This document shows positions 50,682-61,302 of a stretch of DNA of 64,000 nt, piece by piece. Position 1 is the first letter of the stretch, and each line of letters opens with the position of its first letter. Source of the stretch: Podarcis pityusensis (lineage: Eukaryota). The stretch lies in assembly GCA_964106645.2 (NCBI GenBank), contig OZ067038.1. One strand, given 5' to 3'. The notes beneath the pieces are model-generated. The model made no database searches, was not told the DNA's origin, and saw only the letters and a program-made list of their open reading frames with translations. Made by a program: the position numbers and the translations under genes.

Positions 50682-52079
50682 ACTTATCCCCATTTATTAT
50701 ATTTCCTAAAATAGTGAGACAGCTTACAAGAATTCCCCATTTTGTACCTCCTGAGGGCTGCTTCCAATGTGCATAGTATGTGTACCTACAACACTGCCCA
50801 CTATGTGCAAGAACCATATTCTGTTTGATTTGTGTGCGCACTACAGATGTCATCAAAAGCTACGGCTGGCTCTGGGGTCTCTCAGTGAATGCAGCATACA
50901 TGAAAATAAACTAGAGCAGACATAAAATTCTAACACTTTACAAGGAACCCTATTGGCAGATATAGTACACAGAGGCATATGCCTTAATTCCTGTAAATAT
51001 GAAGCAGCCCTATTTTAGGTTTTGAGGTAGATTTTCTTCTTGATAGGAACCAAACTATGATTATCAACTTTTTTATTCTTGTTGTTACAACAAACTGGAA
51101 GGTAGCAAACATTGCTTAGTCCCTAAGTTAATATAAGTTCTAGGGGAAAAGAAATGTAATTTTAAGGCAAATAAAAATATGTTTCTAAAATGCCTTTTCT
51201 CTTTTATTGAAATTCAAAAAAGCCAGTGATTCTAACTAAACTATTTTTTGTTTATGCGAATGGCCTAGTTTTTCCATTACGCAATAGGTATTTTAAAGAC
51301 CCAGAGCCACATTCCAATGCAGAGTTAGGCACACCAAGACTGAAATACTAAAAGTATTAACTAGAGAGAAAGTCCCACTCCTCGTAGCAGAACTGCACTG
51401 TTTTGGTTAAGATTTCAGTGAACTTAAGCATACTTGAATTTGTGTTGAATTGTGGCCCAAGAGTTAGAAAAGCCTCACATTATTTCAGTCACATTGTTGC
51501 CTGAAAGATTTAGAAATATCTCTAGATCAAAAGACCATGAGGTCAGATCACATGATGAAGACAAAGTATGCAGCATAAAGACTGGCAGCTTGATCCTCAA
51601 AGGAACACATGATGTAGAACTAGTTAGTGAAAATAGGCCCTGTGTTACTGGAATCCTTTGAATACTGTTGCTTTAAAGCAGCTTAATCAGTTATCAACAG
51701 CAGATCTGAAACAACGTCAGTCAACAAAACTCCCTTTTGGCAAGGTCATGAAATAAGTTACAGATATATTCAAGCTCCCACATCACACATGCTAAGAAAT
51801 TTAGTGGTGCAGCTGGGTTTAAACCCAAGGGCATGCACGTGCCACGTCATACGTTGACTACATCACATCCTCAAGGAGGTTTTATTTTCAGTACTCCTTA
51901 GGTTCTGAAAGGTTTGTCTGGAAATAAACAGTCCTCACAGCCCTATTTTCCCTACTACCCACAACTCTATACAATCAGACTGTGATCCGCTGCTCTCCCC
52001 ACCCCTACCTACTCTGTGGGAGCAGACCCATCACCCTACTCCAGCAGAAGCCTAGTCGAAACCCATCAAATTATGTGCA

Positions 52080-53330
52080 TCTGAGGTGCAGGGGGGAATT
52101 ACCTGCGGGGAGACGGCTGAGGTGACGGCTCGGGGTCTCATTCCGGGGACGAGCCCGGAGGCTATCTTAGTCCCTCCTCATGGTCAGACCCAGTGGGCCT
52201 CTCCGAAATCCTCGCGGCTGGTTTCGACTCGAAGGGCTGGAAGGTGCCGCCCTCGCCGCCTCCTGTGGCTTCTTTCCTCAGAGAGGAGACGTGGCAGTGA
52301 ACGTCCTTTGCTGGCGTCACCTCAGGAACCCCAAGACCCCTCCGGCCCCGCAGACTTGAGGGCCGCCCGCCTCTCGTCTCCCTTCTTCCTGGCGCACCTT
52401 TCGCGCTCGGCTCCGCTGCCCAATTCCCGCGCGGGACAAGGCTTTTTCCTCAGCCCCGTCTGGGAATATGGCGGGGGGGGGGGTGGTTCGTAGATTCGTA
52501 GCCCAAGCCTGCCGGGAAAACAGCGCCTGCTGGGGGGAAGGGATGTTGGGACCTTTAGTCCCGAGGCGGGTGACCAATATCCGGCCTCCACTCGCCGCTG
52601 CCCAGCGCTTGGTCCAGCCCAGGGAAGGGGTTGGGAATGCCCGAGGCTGGCTGGCCCGCGTACGAGTGGAGTCTCCGCTTGCGCCGCCCCTTCGAGGAAG
52701 GCTCTGAGGAACCGGCGCCGGCCTTCGAGGAGAAGTCGCTCAGTCTGCCGGCCCTACGAGCCGACCTGCCCGTCGTCGCAGGTTACACAGCCAGAGTGTC
52801 CCTCACGGCCGCAGACTCCCCCTGCAGCCGCCGACACCGCCGCCATTGCTGCTGTTTGTTTTCATCCGCTCAGGGCGAGCGGGGAGCGCTGACTCCGCAT
52901 CCGCCGCGGCACTTTCCACAGAGACGAGGACCCGCCTCCCGTTATCAGCGACCCCCCCCCGCCCCAGTGGGCCAGCCCGCAGCCGTTAATTATCGGCGGG
53001 AGGCGAGAATGCCCACCTGGGAGGCTTAAAGGGGTGAAGGGCCGGTCTCGTGAGGAATCTGCGATTGGGAATGAACAGGCCGGGCGTCGTGAGAGGGACT
53101 TGGAGCTCCGCCTCGGGATCCGGGTGCTGGGAAGGGACTTCGGGACGGGCTCCCTTGCGCTATCGGGGTAAATCGGGGGCCCGGCGGAGAGGGAGGTGTG
53201 GACGCGTAGCCGCGCCGCGAAACATGCTTATATCCTGCGCTTTCAGTCTTTCTCCAAGCGCAGAACCCCTCTCCCGCTTCCGTCCACCCTTGCGCCCCCC
53301 CCCAGTCTTCTCCCCGCTTCTCTAGGGAGG
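52080..53330. promoter_or_regulatory. CpG-island bidirectional promoter shared by ATG13 (-) and HARBI1 (+)
   Basis: Very high GC/CpG against a CpG-poor background. GC boxes, CCAAT boxes (~52574 and reverse ~53064), no TATA. Head-to-head gene arrangement as in mammals. Candidate HARBI1 exon-1 donor GGG|gtaaat at 53168. Confidence 0.9.
52103..52920 (-). other. ATG13: ATG13 first (non-coding) exon region with uORFs; 5-prime boundary approximate, internal splicing possible
   Basis: CpG island, strong donor CCGCAG|gtaatt at 52102, YY1-like ATGGCGGC near 52846. Confidence 0.6.
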
Positions 53331-53346
53331 AACTTGTAGTCCACCA

Positions 53347-53700
53347 CAGGGCCGGATTTAGGTTTGATGAGGCCCTAGGCTACTGAAGGTAATGGGACCC
53401 TTTATATGTCCAGCTGTCCTTTGTCAACAACAAATTGCCGCTGTTTTTTGTGTTGAATACTGTATATACTATATAGTAATTTATGGACCTAATAGGTATC
53501 TAAAGCCGTTTGCACATAACAAATAGGAGCCTACACAACACAAAATACTGTTGCTGTATGTAGGTTTTATTTTATTTGTTTTTTATCTTATATTTTGGAA
53601 ATGTACATCCATTTTTTTCCCCTTTAAATTTTTTTGGGACCCCCAAGAGAGTGGAGCCCTAAGCTATAACTTGTTTAGCTTATACGTAAATCGGGCACTG
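53347..53700. mobile_element. hAT-type MITE at the edge of the promoter CpG island
   Basis: TIRs cagggccggatttagg / cagtgcccgatttacg; exact 8-bp TSD gtccacca (53339..53346 / 53701..53708). Confidence 0.88.
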
Positions 53701-54571
53701 GTCCACCAGATGGTGTTGCACTACCGTTGCCACCATTGGCCATGCTGGCCGGTGCTGATGGGGAGAGTTGGAGCGGGTGAGATTTCCCACAACTACTGTT
53801 GGGTTACCCTGCTGCATGTTCCGCTTTCACAGCATCCTCCAATAAGGCAAATTCATGCCCCTTTCGCAGAGACCTGTCTGCTTTTCAGCTCTCTTTTGCA
53901 GTTCCTGCTTCATCAGGTGCCCTTCACTTCCCACCACAAACAGTTTAATGCCTCGTTGCCATTCTTCTCCCTCTCTTGCACCCCTTCACCTTCCGTCATT
54001 CATGCTTTGGGTCCTTTAGGAAAGTCATTCCTGGTGGCTCAACCGAGAAGCGTGAATGAAACCTTGAAAGTGACACATGAGAACCCAGCTGGATTAGACC
54101 ACAGGCCCATTTGATTCTGTATTGTGCTCTCACACAGTGACTAACCAGATGCCTGGAGATGGCCTCCTTCTTTGGGTGCACTCTCTTCTTCAAACATAGT
54201 CTTGAGTGTCAGACGTGTATTTTGCTGCACAAAGGTTATTGCATGTTTTTGTAGACATACTCATATAGATGTGTCTCATGTATGTTACAAAACAAAACAT
54301 TGCATTCTCAGACATTGATAATGATGCTACATTTCCTCCTAAATCTATTTACAGTATCTCAAAATGATGATAGGGATATTAATGACATATCAGTTACAAC
54401 AGTTAATTGTGGGCTTAACAACTAGCTGCTAAATACCAGGAATAATTTTTTTAAGTAGACATATTGCCTCAGCTGTTACTGAGACAAAATAATATATTAC
54501 ACATATGTCAGTTGCAACTACTTTTGTATTCATCGCTGGAAAAAGGAAAGCATTTATCTTTTAGTCTCTTG

Positions 54572-54740
54572 GCTGGAATCTACACACATTTAGGAAACAC
54601 TATGAAAATGCTTTTTTAAAAAAAGTTTTGAAAAATACATTGAATTTGGCATAGCTCACTCTCGCCATCTAGTGTCACATTTGTATATTGCACTCTACAA
54701 CACATTTAAAGTATTTTATTTGCAGCTGTGTAGCTGAGTC
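54572..54740. mobile_element. PIF/Harbinger-like MITE (copy 1)
   Basis: Termini gctggaatctacac / gtgtagctgagtc, 3-bp flanking duplication ttg; related to 62125..62303. Confidence 0.5.
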
Positions 54741-56692
54741 TTGGTAGCAGAGTCTGTATGTATGCTGGCACGTCTTCTGAGTTGGTTTATTGACGTAGGT
54801 AAAACCTGCCTTGTTTTTGACAACTTGCCTGGTACTCATGGGTGACCAAGAAATTCATGTAGGTGAATGAACAGGTTGGTGGAGGAGGAGTGGGTTACTT
54901 GGTCTCTTTTCTGCCAGTCCACTTGGTTTCTTTGCTAGCCAGGCAGGAAGGAAAGCCTATTCTTTCATAACCACGAAATAGGCTAGTGAAGGAGGAGCAG
55001 ATATACCCTTCCTTCCTACATGCCCTTTCACTTAGCAAGCTGGTTAAAAAAGCTGACTTCTAAGAGTCTAGTAGCTTGCATTTTCATGTTGGCCACAGAA
55101 GAGGGGTCTTTCCCTCCTCCATGGCCACCATGGCAACACAGACTTCTGGCTTCTTAGTAAGCTGTGGTGATGAGCTAATTACTTTTGTGGGCTTATTTTC
55201 AATGATGGCTAATACTAGGTAATCCCTCAGTTGTTTGGGGGAATTCACACCTTTGGTATCAGATGTTCATAGAGGAACCAGACCAGATTCAATCCATTGG
55301 TTTTTGGTTTTTATTATTATTAAATTGTTAATCTTGTGAGTGCACAATAACACAACTATTATGAGAGAGGGGATGACAATCAAGCATTGTCCATACATTC
55401 AGAGGGACAGAATGTTATGTTTATGTAATGCAACACATGGGTATATGAAGAGGGGGAAATGCTTATTACATGAGGAGTGAGGAGATAATGCAAACTATTA
55501 ACATTTTGGCTCTTTCCAGCAATGGACTCCAACTGAGAACAGAAAAATTCTCTTGTAGAGATGCCACCCTAAACTTATAGGCTATATCTGATACCAAAGT
55601 GCCCCTTACATTGCTATTTAATTAGATACCTACCTGCCTCCTTTGTATTATAACTACTGGGAGTCACTGGTGGACATTAAAAAACAGGATACAAGAAATA
55701 CAGTATTACTTTGTTGAAACTTTGATTTTGCAAGATTGGAACTCCTTGGTTCTCAAGACAGCTCCTTGCCACTAGAATATGACTGACTTGTTTAACAATG
55801 GAAAAGAGTGGTTGGGTGAAGCATCTCTGTTTATATAACTTGCTCTTCTTAGGCACATAGTTTCAGTACATTTATCAACTCCAGTTGTTCCAGAATTCTA
55901 GATTTTGTGTGCACTTGGACAAACAGAAAAAATATCCTTGAGGGACAGCACAGCTTATTAACAAGCATTAGAACAAAGCAACTCTTTGTTTCTCAGTGCT
56001 TTACGTTTCTAAAAATATCACCAGCTTAAGTTTTGCCAATTCACACCCTCATGCCTCATACAGCCAATTAATTTTAATGCAGTAACACATAAAGAAAGAA
56101 ATTTTCCTAGTCTTGTTTAACCGGTTCAGAGAGAGAATGTAAACATAGCACTAATTTATTGTGAAATATGTACTCAACAGTTCCAATTTTGCGTATGACC
56201 CAAGGTCAGTACTAATTGTGCATTCTTGCTTTCTCAAGAATGTCCCATGACCCTGTGTGAAATTATATACAGCTCCAAAAAAAATTCCACTGGAAATTTC
56301 CCAGAACTACGACCATGATTCATTGGCTCTTTCATTGAAATTAATAGCAGAATCCCATGGAGATAATATTGTCAACTTTTCTGGTAGAATGTTATCTGGT
56401 AGGACTCAGCCACGTTAATAGGACTGTGGGAAAGTTTTCTATATTTCTTTTCCTTGTGTTCTCAGTTGTATGATCTGGTCTCATAGCAATTAGTGTAAAT
56501 GCCAAGTTAAATTAAAGTGTACATTTGTAAACTAATTTCAAAACCCTATTTACTTAAGCCAATAGGTTTATTTGTGTGTAATTAGTATGAAATTGACAGT
56601 AGAGTCAAGTAGGCTGTTAGGATCCATGTCCTCAATTTTCCTTTTTTTTTGCTCCAGTGTAGGTGAGTAGAGAGAAGAAAGATCAACCCATC

Positions 56693-57362
56693 ATGGCTGT
56701 TCCCATAGCCATTCTTGATTGTGATCTCTTGCTATATGGTCGTGGGCATCGAACACTTGATCGTTTCAAACTGGAGGATGTGACTGATGAATATCTGGTG
56801 TCTATGTATGGCTTCCCACGTCACTTCATTTACTATCTGGTGGATTTTCTGGGTGCCAGCCTTTCTCGTCCTACACAACGATCAAGGGCCATTAGCCCAG
56901 AGACGCAAATTCTTGCTGCATTAGGTTTTTACACTTCTGGTTCTTTCCAGACTCGCATGGGAGATGCCATTGGCATCAGCCAGGCCTCTATGAGCCGTTG
57001 TGTTGCCAATGTTACTGAGGCCCTGGTGGAGAGGGCATCTCAGTTCATTCATTTCCCAGATGATGAAGTGTCGGTGCATCATCTGAAAGATGACTTTTAT
57101 GGGCTGGCAGGTATGCCAGGGGTACTAGGACTAGTTGATTGCAACCATGTCGCAATAAAGGCACCCAGTGCTGAGGACTTGTCATATGTGAATAGAAAGG
57201 GCCTTCATTCTTTAAACTGCCTGATGGTTTGTGACGCCAGGGGAATGCTACTGAGTGCGGAAACACACTGGCCAGGCAGCTTGCAGGACTGTGCTGTGCT
57301 GCAGCAGTCAGCCCTCAGGAACCAGTTTGAAGCTGGCATGCACAAAGATGGCTGGCTACTTG
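56693..57362 (+). CDS. HARBI1: HARBI1 coding exon 1
   Basis: ATG in cccatcATGg context; ends WLL-G|gtaagt. Confidence 0.95.
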
Positions 57363-58448
57363 GTAAGTTCTTTCTCATGACTGGCATCTTTGAAAGTCTA
57401 TTTTGGTGGAATTTCTGTTTGGTTCTGTGACATGCCACATAACATTTATGTGTCAAAACTGCAGATTTTACAGTTCTCCCTCTATAAAGATAAATCAAAC
57501 AAAGGTAGCATGAAACAGAATAATAGGGTAGCATAAAACATAGAATCTTAGAGTTGGAAGGGACCCCAAGGGTCATGTAGCCCAACCCCTTGCAATGCAG
57601 GAACCTCTGCAAAAGCATCAGTGACAGATGGCCATCCAACCTTTGGTTAAAAACCTTCAAGGAGGGAGAGTCCACCACTTCTCGTGGTCAACAGCTCTGA
57701 CTGTCTGAAAGTTTTACCGAATGTTTAGTCTGAATCTCCTTTCTTGCAACTTGAAGCCATTGGTTCGAGTCCTACCCTCCAGAGCAGGAGAAAACAAGCA
57801 TGCTCCCTCCTCCATGTGGCAGGCCTTAAGATATTTGAAGATGGCTATCATATCTCCTCTGAGTCTCCTCTTTCCCAAGCTAAACATACCCAGCTCCTTC
57901 AAGCGCTCCTCATAAGGCTTAGTTTCCAGACCCTTGATCATCTTGGTTGCCCTCCTGGCTTCATACACCTATCTGGCTTCATATAGATGCCTGGTTTTAT
58001 TATCAGGTGATGGAATTATTTGCACTCTCCTGTCCCTGTTTGGTTTGTGATCTTTCTTTTTCTTTTGACAGGTGATAGTTCATTCTTTCTTCGCACTTGG
58101 CTAATGACCCCTCTGCATATTCCTGAAACGCCTGCAGAGTGCCGGTATAACATGGCACATTCAGCCACTCACAATGTCATTGAACGTACATTCAGGACAA
58201 TTCGGTCCCACTTCCGTTGCCTGGATGGGTCAAAGGGCACGTTGCAGTATTCTCCCGAGAAGGCCAGCCACATCATTCTGGCTTGCTGTGTGCTTCATAA
58301 CATTTCTCTAGAGCATGGACTGGATGTGTGGTCTTCCCAAACGATGGGACAGATGGAACAGCCAGAGGAAGAATATGAACATATGGAATCACTTGACTCT
58401 GAAGCTGATCGAGTTCGTCAGGAATTATTACTCGCTCATTTTAGCTAA
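56693..58448 (+). CDS. HARBI1: Putative nuclease HARBI1 (Harbinger transposase-derived, DDE), 2 coding exons, 348 aa
   Basis: join(56693..57362,58072..58448) = 1047 nt. Translation [27 protein letters not shown]...LVDCNHV...WLLGDSSFFL...NVIERTF...ELLLAHFS. Confidence 0.97.
57536..57960 (-). mobile_element. CR1 LINE 3-prime fragment in HARBI1 intron
   Basis: [44 protein letters not shown]...[19 protein letters not shown] and ttccaactctaagattctatg tail. Confidence 0.93.
58072..58448 (+). CDS. HARBI1: HARBI1 coding exon 2 (stop)
   Basis: ttttgacag acceptor; [14 protein letters not shown]...ACCVLHN...HFS-TAA; AATAAA at 58537 and 58769. Confidence 0.95.
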
Positions 58449-59429
58449 CATTACAAGACATACTAAGTTTGACATATTAAAAGACATGCAAACGGTTATG
58501 ATAGATCCTGATTTTCCTCTTACATTCAGCAAGAGAAATAAATGGGGATGCAACTATTGAAATTGAAATTTTGTGTTTGTATAATATTTTGCATTTAATA
58601 TACTATTTTGGTTTCATTGTGCACATTGTATCTGATTCCGTCAGTACTCAGTATTTCAGTACCTGCTACTTTTTAGTGTCCAGCCTTATTAGAGGACCAT
58701 TTTTCAAGGACAATATGATATGGGAGGAATGCATATTCAGTTTAATATTGTAGTTTTAAGTACTTAAAAATAAAAAAAATGTATCTTGTGTATGGTGTAA
58801 CAGATTCGGAACACTTTTGTTTCAGTTATTAACTGAAGTTCACCCATATTGGTCTGTACAGACACAGCAGGTGCTGTAATTCACCCAACAGTTTAACTTT
58901 ACCCTTGATGGCGCACTTTTCCATTGTCTCTTGAGACAGATGAATGCCAACTAACTAAACTGTAAAGGCGGCTTAAACATGGTTAAAAATAGAAGCATTC
59001 CTCTTTTTTTGCTTGGTAACTTATCACTCTTGTCTATCTTTTTTCATCTAACAGCAACTGGATTTGTGTAACGGAAAGGGATGTTGTTATTACATAGATT
59101 GAGGCAGGAGGGAAGGAATGGTTTGTGGTCCATTTTGTTGTCCCAGTTACAAAATGGGAAAATGGCCAACATTGAAATGGACATGTAATTCCTGAGTCAT
59201 CAAGAATGAGAGGTCAGAGCAAAAATAGCCTCAACAAATCTACAAAAATATTCCCTATGATCAAATATCCTTACTTCTGCCCAATGTACTAACACAAATC
59301 TATGTAAAGTCTTAGTAAACATTAACCTAGAGATTAACCTCTCACTGTGGGTGTAAGAAAGGTTTATTGTAGAGACCCCTACATTCTTCACAGAGACTTG
59401 CACCCCATGGAGTCTATGTTGGTGTCAGA

Positions 59430-60530
59430 TTACGGAGTCTTCTTCTTTGGCGATCACTCATAACCGAGTAAGATTGTCTTCCATAAACACGGTTTTTGTT
59501 TTTTTATAACAATTTATTAATTTTCCAAAAAGAACATAAAAAATAAACATAAAAACAACAATATATAATGGAGAAAAAACCCATCATAATCAAAAATTTT
59601 AAACCATTATTTTTGCTTGACTTCCCTCCCCTCCCCCTCTTGGTTTCATTGTTTAATACTTGTTCGTGCACGTCCTTATAACCTTATAATCTTAATAATT
59701 CAACTTTTAAACTTTGTTCATCTTAATACAAGTGAGTTTTAAAAGTTATACTAACGTGAAAGTCTGTACACAAAGCTTAAAAGAAGAGCATTAAACCTTT
59801 ACCCCTTTTTTATTATTCAAAGTCCTCTTTCTGTCTTGGGTTCTACATTAACTGGTTTATCCTGTATAGTTCAATAGTTTAGTTTACCAGTCTTCTTCGT
59901 CTTCTTTAACGGAGGCTTATTCCTTCTGCAGGGGCTGGCTGGTCTTGGCCTGGCGTCCAATCTTGCGTACTGGAACAATGTCTTTTGTTCAATAAGTCCA
60001 ACAAGTTCTGTACATCTCCATGTAATAACTTCAGTTTTTTTTAACAACAATCATTTCCCAATTTGTTTTCAAATCTCTATATGTCTTATCCCAGGCTTTT
60101 TTAATGATTTTACATTGCCGCCACATATAATAACCTTTTATGCTTTTTGCTCTCCCTTTCTGTTTTTTCTCTATCACAGTCAAAGCCTTCTCACACAGGG
60201 TATCATTTTTATCTTGGACCAAGTCATAGGCCTCCCAAATCAATTCACACAAGGTGTCATTAACTCATAAACACAGTTTTAACAGTGATTCCATAAGGGA
60301 CTATGGAGGCCAATTCTGGATCTACACATCCTTCCACAGTGGGGACATAGGTTTCCAGGCGGGAGTTGATCACTGTGAGGGTTTGCCAAGTGTGCCTTCC
60401 TCTTAGCATGTTTCTCCCTTTCGTCCTGAGTTCGAGTGTCTTCAAAGCCCATGACACCTTTGGTAAAGGCTGTTCTCCAATTGGAGTGCTCGCAGGCCAG
60501 TGTTTCCCAGTTGTTGGTGTTTATGGTTTC
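59430..60530 (-). mobile_element. RTE-clade LINE 3-prime fragment, split by a nested insertion
   Basis: WETLACEHSNWRTAFTKG...CPHCGRMCRSRIGLHS at 60279..60530; its 3-prime tail continues at 59430..59496. Confidence 0.8.
59497..60265 (-). mobile_element. L1-type insertion nested in the RTE fragment
   Basis: Poly-T at 59497, 15-bp TSD cataaacac(g/a)gtttt (59482..59496 / 60266..60280), ttgacttccctcc motif shared with the L1 at ~6560. Confidence 0.75.
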
Positions 60531-60945
60531 CAGTGATGGGTTAAGGATTTGGTTCCAGCACCCTTTTTCCATTCTTAACTACTTCTACCCCAGGTGAGGC
60601 CCTGGCCTGGAAAAGAAGTCCTGATGGCACTCCATGCCCAGTACAATCTCAACAATTGGGGGGGGGGGGGAAACCTGCCCTCTCAAAAAAACCTGAGGTG
60701 GCGCAAAGAGCCTTGGCCCCTTGAAGCCAGTGCTTATGATAGGAATAAATTCTGACCTGCTTATTTGTCTTGGTAATGTTGCAGCTAGATCTAACTGTGT
60801 GCCAAATATATAGAAAGCTAGGAACCATGGTGAGGAAAAGCTTTTTGAACTCATTTGTAGAAAAATTGACTCCATATTCCAAAATTTATTTTACAAGATA
60901 TGTAAAGTACTTCTGTAATTTAAATGTTTGCTATGGTATTTGAGA

Positions 60946-61302
60946 TCCGGGACACGGGTGGCACTGTGGGTTAAACCACAGAGCCTAGGACTTGCCAATC
61001 AGAAGGTCAGCGGTTCGAATCCCCGTGACGGGATGAGCTCCCGTTGCTCGGTCCCTGCTCCTGCCAACCTAGCAGTTCGAAAGCAAGTCAGAGTACAAGT
61101 AGATAAATAGGTACCGCTCCAACAGGAATGTAAACGGCGTTTCCGTGCACTGCTCTGGTTCGCCAGAAGCAGCTTAGTCATGCTGGCCACGTGACCTGGA
61201 AGCTGTATGCCGGCTCCCTTGGTCAATAAAGCGAGATGAGCGCCGCAACCCCAGAGTCGGCCACGACTGGACCTAATGGTCAGGGGTCCCTTTACCTTTT
61301 AC
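60946..61302 (+). mobile_element. Sauria SINE (second subfamily)
   Basis: ggttcgaatcc B box, ACCTTT tail, 15-bp TSD ctatggtatttgaga (60931..60945 / 61303..61317). Confidence 0.92.

Noticed and set aside
53551-54114. 187-aa ORF downstream of the promoter
   Set aside because: It has a TTG start, crosses the hAT MITE boundary and shows no recognisable domain.
56663-57430. 255-aa ORF as an autonomous Harbinger transposon
   Set aside because: It is HARBI1 coding exon 1 extended by a GTG start and intron read-through. There are no TIRs or Myb/SANT partner ORF, and the synteny is conserved.
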